DNA of 64,000 nucleotides, from the NCBI GenBank assembly GCA_965603825.1, contig CBFDEM010000012.1, positions 186,001 to 250,000 on the forward strand, in the 5' to 3' direction. The notes below the pieces were generated by a model. That model made no database searches and was not told the origin of the DNA. It saw only the letters and a list, made by a program, of their open reading frames with translations. This DNA comes from Blepharisma stoltei ATCC 30299. Its lineage: Eukaryota; Protista; Ciliophora. The position numbers and the translations under genes were made by a program. The stretch's first letter is position 1; each line of letters opens with the position of its first letter. Of the stretch, positions 58,316 to 64,000 are shown one piece after another.

Positions 58316-59005
58316 TTAATGGTTTTCTTGAAATTCTTCTTTTACTTCGAAAGGAAGAAAGTTTTCATCAATATTCAGATCTTTTTTCATCACTGTATTT
58401 TCTCTTATTGTCGAGATTGCTGATAATGTAGCATCTCTTCTTGCCAATTCTTTCGTGGTCCCTACCCCGCTAATAATATGTCTGTTAGGAAATTCCATAT
58501 GGCAGTGATAAATGTTTTTTTCTTTTAAATTATAAGCTTCTTCATACGATAAATGATAAGTTAAACCATTTTCGATACAAATATTGGATAATTCTGTATC
58601 ATATTCTTGAGCTCCGCTGGATCTCTGCAAATTTTTCTGATTTGAAATTCCACTAATTGGGATATCACCATCAAAAACATAGTCTTTTCCTTCAAAAATC
58701 TGTATGATGTGCTTGTTATTGGTAACAGACTCCCATACAGGGTGATAGCTGAGATAGTCAAAAAAATCAGGCTTTTTTATTTTTATTTTCTTCGTGAATT
58801 TCACCAAAGCGCACACGAATTCTTGGCTTTCTATGTCATTTAGTCTTGAAATAATAACAAATTGAATGGGAGCTAAACCTTTAAAAAATTTGATGAATTT
58901 TATTTCTTCTTCAGAGCAGTCGTAATACTTTAGAAAAAATTGATTTCCTGACATCCCGCGCATTTTTATATTATAAAATGCAGTCAAAATTGATAAATAA
59001 ATCAT
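58316..59005 (-). CDS. Putative inactive CRESS/geminivirus Rep-like (HUH) domain fused to dsRNA-binding domain (alternative start 58963)
   Basis: N-half: FFLKYYDCS / FVCALVKFTKKIKIKKPDFFDYLSYHP. C-half: TELSNIC...Y...YHCHMEF...GVGTTKELARRDATLSAISTI. Confidence 0.65.
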   Translation of the reverse strand: MIYLSILTAFYNIKMRGMSGNQFFLKYYDCSEEEIKFIKFFKGLAPIQFVIISRLNDIESQEFVCALVKFTKKIKIKKPDFFDYLSYHPVWESVTNNKHIIQIFEGKDYVFDGDIPISGISNQKNLQRSSGAQEYDTELSNICIENGLTYHLSYEEAYNLKEKNIYHCHMEFPNRHIISGVGTTKELARRDATLSAISTIRENTVMKKDLNIDENFLPFEVKEEFQENH

Positions 59006-59095
59006 CCCCCAAATATTAATTTAATTAATAAATTTTTATTGAAAATTAAATAGATAAATGATGATATAAATCTGAAGTTCGCAAATTATAAATAA

Positions 59096-60127
59096 ATGAA
59101 AATATCATGATTTCTCATTTTTTATATATTGCCTCTTGCTTTGTCTCAAATATCTTGTCCTAACTATTTATGCAGCCCAACAAAATTAGACTCAAATACA
59201 TGCATACTCTATGAATCAAACACATTTCTTCTCCAGCCCTGCAAAGATAACTATGTATGCCCTCCACTAACTTCTGCAGACTCATCTCAGTGCCAGCCAA
59301 AGCCAAGTCCATCCTTGGAAAAATCATGGCCAGGAGAATCATGCCAAAATAACTCAACCTGTGCTTATGGCCACTGTGAAAAATCAATCTGTAAAGGAAA
59401 ATCTCTCAATGAAACCTGCTCTATAAGTGATGAATGTGAGCCTAAACTAAGATGCCTTAATGGCATCTGCCAAGAATTATTATCAGAGTCCTCCAAAGGC
59501 TGCAATACAGATTATGACTGTGAAAATCATTGTGGCTGTGAAAATCACCAATGTGTAAGATATTTAAGCAAATATGAAGGTGATTCAGTAGCAAATTGCA
59601 TAAATAATAGCAGCATGATATGTGGTAGCACAATGTGCTATGAAGAATACTGTTTAGCATTCCTTCAAAATGATAAAGAAATCCCAACAGTTTGCAAATC
59701 AGATGAAGATTGTGCGTCAAGCCATTATGATACTCCAGCATATCCCTTTAAGTTTTACCAGACTTGCCAATGTGGAATAAATAGCTTGGGAAACGCTTAT
59801 TGTAGCTTATTCCCTGGAGATGAACCAATGAATAATTATTTAGATTGGCTTAATTACTGGTTTTATTCGAGGTCTATACAGAAGTGCAACACTGTTAGAA
59901 GAACTTCACTTAATTGCATTAAAACGTGATGGAAGGCGAAATATTATACCACATTTGCTTATATTCTTTCTATTACTATGAATTACCCTCAAATTCAAGA
60001 AAACGATAATTGCGTGGAAAAAATTTACAACCAAGCTTATATTTCTGCTCGAAATAGCTACGAAAAGACAAACAATCACTATAAACTATCAATCCCAGCT
60101 TTAATTTTAACTGCATTTTTATTATAA
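59096..60127 (+). CDS. Cys-rich secreted, probably GPI-anchored surface protein
   Basis: Signal peptide MKIS[W]FLIFYILPLALS, dense Cys, C-terminal hydrophobic tail LSIPALILTAFLL; TGA at 59108 and 59927. Confidence 0.82.
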
Positions 60128-60134
60128 TTCTTTA

Positions 60135-61232
60135 TTACTGCAAAAGAGCCATTACGGTTTCATTAAGGTTATAATGATGGCTTTCCAATAAATTTTTGAC
60201 TCTTTCTTCATCTTTGAATCCCATAGCTTTTATTTTTTCAGTCATTTCCTCTGCAACAGATTTTTTCTTTTCTTCTGGTTTTTTAAATTTCAATAAATTG
60301 TGCTCGTGGTCACTGTTCTCTTCACAAGCTTCACAAAGGTTAAAATCTTTGCATTGGTTGCACTTATATCGAATCCCAAAAATAGTCTTGATCCCACAGC
60401 CATTGCATGAAACCCCAGCGTGAGCAATTTGGCTGAACCGGAGACTTCCTACATTTTTGACTTCTTCCCTGACAATTTTTCTTAATTCTTCTTCAAATGA
60501 AGCTCTATCACACTGTATAGAAACTGGGTTTGACACAATTGGAACAGTAGCTGAATCAATAGAGGAAACATGGACGATTTCCATTCCAGTTTCTTGATTT
60601 TTCTTTATATCAGTATTCTGAGAACTGTCGACTGATTCTGGCCCATTTTGTTTTACATCAGTCAATGGCACATTTGGCTCACACGATTTATCAAGAACTT
60701 CTATAGAATTGGTAATAATAGCTTCATCTTGAGTATTTATCCCGCTAGCCATTTCATGAGTGTTAATAACAGTTCCATTTCCAGCGTCTATTTTCGGTTC
60801 TGGGACAATCTGATTTATAGCATCTATTTTAGGGGTCCCACCTATACATTTATCAGAGACATTAGGAATGGGGCTACTTGACCTGTCTAGTTTAACTTCT
60901 TCAACCACTATAGACTCTTCTATTAGAGGCTCATTGGTTATCTGAGATCTCAGTAGTGGAAGATCATCAATAAATTGTGAGGATTTAGCTTGACCTAAGG
61001 TCCCGAGGTCTTCGACTTGGATAATTGCATTAAGCTCGATCACCCAGATAAGCGCTTCTTCATATTCCAGCTGGGTTTGAACTGTGATTAGTTCTTCATC
61101 TTCATCTAGGTATTTAAAAGTTGGACGAGATGCGTCGAATTGATTTTTGCATAAAGTTATTAAGTCTTCAATCCTCCGAGGAGGAGAGATACTTATGACT
61201 TTGCCTTGGAAAGATAATTTCACGTTCTCCAT
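60135..61232 (-). CDS. p62/NBR1-like autophagy receptor (PB1 - ZZ - UBA)
   Basis: PB1 OPCA motif YLDEDEELITV; ZZ finger CNGC...RYKCNQCKDFNLCEAC...H.H; UBA AMGF...N...L. Confidence 0.88.
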   Translation of the reverse strand: MENVKLSFQGKVISISPPRRIEDLITLCKNQFDASRPTFKYLDEDEELITVQTQLEYEEALIWVIELNAIIQVEDLGTLGQAKSSQFIDDLPLLRSQITNEPLIEESIVVEEVKLDRSSSPIPNVSDKCIGGTPKIDAINQIVPEPKIDAGNGTVINTHEMASGINTQDEAIITNSIEVLDKSCEPNVPLTDVKQNGPESVDSSQNTDIKKNQETGMEIVHVSSIDSATVPIVSNPVSIQCDRASFEEELRKIVREEVKNVGSLRFSQIAHAGVSCNGCGIKTIFGIRYKCNQCKDFNLCEACEENSDHEHNLLKFKKPEEKKKSVAEEMTEKIKAMGFKDEERVKNLLESHHYNLNETVMALLQ

Positions 61233-61501
61233 TATTTATATGCAGATCAGAATAGAATGCTTAATACTTATAAAAGCATAAAGCTGTCGTTAAATCCGAA
61301 GCTGCCTAAGAATAGAATCTAAATAAAATTTAGTCTTTTATTTGAATTATCTTTTAATAAGCATTCAAATGCAATTTTTTATTAAAATCTTCTGAAGCAA
61401 ATGCATAGCATCCTTCATATAATCTATGCAAGTTCCATTATGCAGCTTGAACCTAACCAAACTCTAGTAATTTTCAATATTGTAAAAGCCATTAATAATT
61501 T

Positions 61502-61957
61502 ATGTCAAGAACAATCTTGGACACTGAGCCTGGCTACTGGGAGAACGCATTTAAGCTGTGGCATACATCTTACAAGGATTCAAAATTCAGATCTGGACTA
61601 ATTCATAGGAGTCATTTATGGGGAGAGGTCGATTCTCATGATTTGAAGTACGCGACCAACGTCCCATCAACTAAAAGAGGAGAAGCAAGACTTTATGCAC
61701 CTCCTAGAGGCATTCCATACCCACGTGAGTGTTCAAAGCAGATTAACAAACTTGTCCAATGCAAAGCTAGCTATGGAGTCCATAGTCCTGCAGATGATGT
61801 TCCTCAATGCAATCAATGGAAAAGTGTTATCTTTGAGGAATGCCCTCACTGGGTAGTAGAAAATTTAGCATTGAAGAAAAAGGTTGTGAAGAGATATGAG
61901 AATATTGACAATCTCACATACCAAAGAGCTATGGAGATATCCGACTATAATAAGTAA
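61502..61957 (+). CDS. Uncharacterised protein with Cx9C...Cx10C-PxW motif (COX6B-like spacing); 3' end uncertain
   Basis: CSKQINKLVQC...CNQWKSVIFEECPHWV. Confidence 0.7.
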   Translation: MSRTILDTEPGYWENAFKLWHTSYKDSKFRSGLIHRSHLWGEVDSHDLKYATNVPSTKRGEARLYAPPRGIPYPRECSKQINKLVQCKASYGVHSPADDVPQCNQWKSVIFEECPHWVVENLALKKKVVKRYENIDNLTYQRAMEISDYNK

Positions 61958-62199
61958 GTAAGTCTCCTTTATAGCCAATATATAACAGTCAGCAAATTTT
62001 TTAAGTTTAATTTCGAATTTTATGATTACAGAAAATTTACATTAAATGGGTTATATATAAAGCGCTCCTTAGAAATGATTCAGTTTTCTAATAATTAAGC
62101 ACTCTTATATTAGAAATTGTTTTATAATTCAAAACATGCTATTATCATAGCTTTGAAACTTAAATTCTGAAATGTTTTAAGTGCTCATCGTTACATAAA

Positions 62200-64000
62200 A
62201 TGGGAGAAGCAGTAAAAGTCGCTGTCCGCGTCAGGCCTTTTAACTCTCGAGAAAAGGCAGAAGGCGCCGAACTTTGTGTCAGCATGGACCGAAATTCCAC
62301 CAAAGTCTGGAGCCGCGAAACAAACTACGAAAAAGAATTTAACTTCGATTACAGTTATTGGTCACACGATGGGTTCATAGAAGACCCTACCACAGGGGTT
62401 CTTAAAAAAGACCGTCCAGGCTCTAAATATGCTGACCAACAAATGGTCTTTAATGATGTTGGTGTCGATATCCTGAACAATGCTTGGGAAGGTTACCATG
62501 TATGTCTTTTTGCATATGGACAAACAGGCTCAGGCAAAAGTTATAGTATTGTGGGGTATGGACCGAATAAAGGAGTCATTCCGATTGCATGTGAAGAAAT
62601 TTTTAACAGAATAAAAAACTCAGGGAACCCATTGGTGAAATATGACGTGAAAGTTAGTATGCTAGAAATCTATAACGAACAAGTGCAAGACCTGTTGCAG
62701 CCGCCTGAAAGAAGAGTCAAAGGAGGGTTAAAGGTAAGAGAGCATCCTAAGACTGGTGTTTTTGTTGAAGGACTGGTACAGCAAACAGTGTCGTCTTATG
62801 AAGAAATCAGCCAGGTGCTAGATGATGGAAATAAACATAGAACTGTTGCAGCTACTCAAATGAATGCAACTAGCTCAAGAGCACATACTGTCCTTACTAT
62901 TTCCTTTACACAGATTTTCCATGAAGAAGGCACCGGAAAACCTCTAACAAGAAAACAAAGTGATATTAACTTGGTCGACTTAGCAGGCTCTGAAAGAGCT
63001 AGCAAAACAGGTGCAACTGGAGATAGACTTCAAGAAGGAAGCAGCATCAATCAATCTTTATCATGCTTAGGAAAAGTCATCACTGCTCTAGCAAAAAAAT
63101 CAGCTGGTGGTGCAGCCAAAGGTGAAGTGATTCCATACAGAGAAAGCAAATTAACCAGAATCTTGCAAAACGCATTAGGAGGTAACAGTAAAACTACTAT
63201 GATAGCTGCCATATCTCCTGCCACTTTCAATTTTGAAGAAACTTTAAGCACACTTAGGTACGCAGATCAAGTAAAAGCTATCAAAAATAAAGCTGTCGTC
63301 AACGAAACCCCACAGGAAAAGCTGATTAGAGAGCTTAAAGAAGAAAACGAAAAACTTAAAGCCTTATTAGAAGGAAGAGGGGGCTCAGTAGGTGGATCAG
63401 GCGGAGGAATGTCAGACGAACAGAGAATGGAATTTGAAGCCCAAATTGAGCAGCTGAGGAGAGAAAAAGAAGAAGCAGAAAAAACAGCCTATCAAAGAGC
63501 TCAAGAAGAAAGCAGTAGAATTGAAAGGCAGCCAACTGTTCATAAAAAAGAAATCACTGGACCACATATTACAAACTTGAATGAAGATCCACAATTAAGC
63601 GGGCAAATACAGCATGAGTTTATGGAGGGGCAATCAAAGCTGGGTAGATCTCAAGACAACAATATTATATTGAATGGGCTAGGAATCGCCCCAGAGCACT
63701 GTGCAGTGCAAAGAAGTGGGGCAAGGCATGTGCTTATACCTTCTTCTGATGCGAAAAACAAAACGATGGTCAATGGACAAATCCTTACTGCACCCTATGA
63801 GCTAAATCATTTAGACAGGATAAAATTCGGAAACTATTTGTTTTTCTTATTTGTAGACCCATCTCAACCTGCAAACCCTGAACTCACCTGGGAATTTGCC
63901 ATAAAAGAAGCAAATGAAGCTGAAATGCAAGCCTTGGTCAGCGAGCAAGAAAAAGAAATGCGCAGAAAGCAAGAAGAAATTGAGCAAAAGCTCAAAATAG
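62200..64000 (+). CDS. Kinesin-3 family motor (KIF28/KIF1-like) with FHA domain; runs off window
   Basis: VKVAVRVRPFN, FDYSYWSHDG, FAYGQTGSGKSYS, MNATSSRAH, LVDLAGSER, ETLSTLRYAD, NLNEDPQLSG, FHA-like GRS...GIAPEHC. Confidence 0.95.
   Translation, partial: MGEAVKVAVRVRPFNSREKAEGAELCVSMDRNSTKVWSRETNYEKEFNFDYSYWSHDGFIEDPTTGVLKKDRPGSKYADQQMVFNDVGVDILNNAWEGYHVCLFAYGQTGSGKSYSIVGYGPNKGVIPIACEEIFNRIKNSGNPLVKYDVKVSMLEIYNEQVQDLLQPPERRVKGGLKVREHPKTGVFVEGLVQQTVSSYEEISQVLDDGNKHRTVAATQMNATSSRAHTVLTISFTQIFHEEGTGKPLTRKQSDINLVDLAGSERASKTGATGDRLQEGSSINQSLSCLGKVITALAKKSAGGAAKGEVIPYRESKLTRILQNALGGNSKTTMIAAISPATFNFEETLSTLRYADQVKAIKNKAVVNETPQEKLIRELKEENEKLKALLEGRGGSVGGSGGGMSDEQRMEFEAQIEQLRREKEEAEKTAYQRAQEESSRIERQPTVHKKEITGPHITNLNEDPQLSGQIQHEFMEGQSKLGRSQDNNIILNGLGIAPEHCAVQRSGARHVLIPSSDAKNKTMVNGQILTAPYELNHLDRIKFGNYLFFLFVDPSQPANPELTWEFAIKEANEAEMQALVSEQEKEMRRKQEEIEQKLKI

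Noticed and set aside
1-60000. TGA-interrupted genes as pseudogenes or selenoproteins
   Set aside because: The TGAs fall at Trp positions and swap with TGG, not with Cys codons; frames are otherwise intact.
14519-61232. Autophagy/trafficking cluster (Vps39, GRIP golgin, Rab, ATG8, p62-like)
   Set aside because: Dispersed, common families; co-occurrence among about 45 genes is unremarkable.
738-63594. Many 60-160-aa ORF-track entries antisense to or out of frame with larger genes (e.g. 19490-19672, 27413-27877, 40571-40930, 63051-63251)
   Set aside because: Shadow ORFs overlapping well-supported genes, with no motifs.
1-64000. Prokaryotic systems (CRISPR arrays, operons, defence islands), rRNA/tRNA genes, telomeric repeats
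   Set aside because: Gene content and introns are eukaryotic; I saw no repeat-spacer array, cloverleaf, rRNA sequence or telomere tract.

Overview
This is gene-dense, AT-rich eukaryotic DNA that reads as the macronuclear genome of a heterotrich ciliate, most likely Blepharisma or a close relative. Two properties seen directly explain the fragmented ORF track. (1) TGA encodes Trp: it sits at invariant Trp positions (DHHCP-W, MAPK DV-W, CK1 H-W-YG), swaps with TGG between internal repeats, and every complete gene ends in TAA/TAG. (2) Introns are 15 nt (one is 16 nt), GTA...YAG, with an invariant A six bases from the 3' end. Re-read this way, the window holds about 45 protein genes. They include a >2360-aa Cys-rich/LamG-like repeat surface protein, DHHC palmitoyltransferase, prenyltransferase alpha, Vps39, threonine aldolase and dehydrogenase, PTS2-type citrate synthase, MAPK, DYRK, CK1, eIF4A, four ribosomal proteins (eL29 and eL39 are absent from the ORF track), ATG8, a p62/NBR1-like receptor, a membrane-anchored Yellow/MRJP protein and a kinesin-3. 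The best novelty candidate is the gene at 58316-59005. It appears to encode a catalytically dead geminivirus/CRESS-type Rep (HUH) endonuclease domain fused to a dsRNA-binding domain, i.e. a possibly domesticated viral protein. Also notable are a tandem pair of micro-genes differing by one tiny intron, a 57-nt intergenic palindrome, 18-22-nt spacers between co-directional genes, and a frameshifted kinase-Kelch gene. All family calls are from motif recognition by eye; no searches were run.
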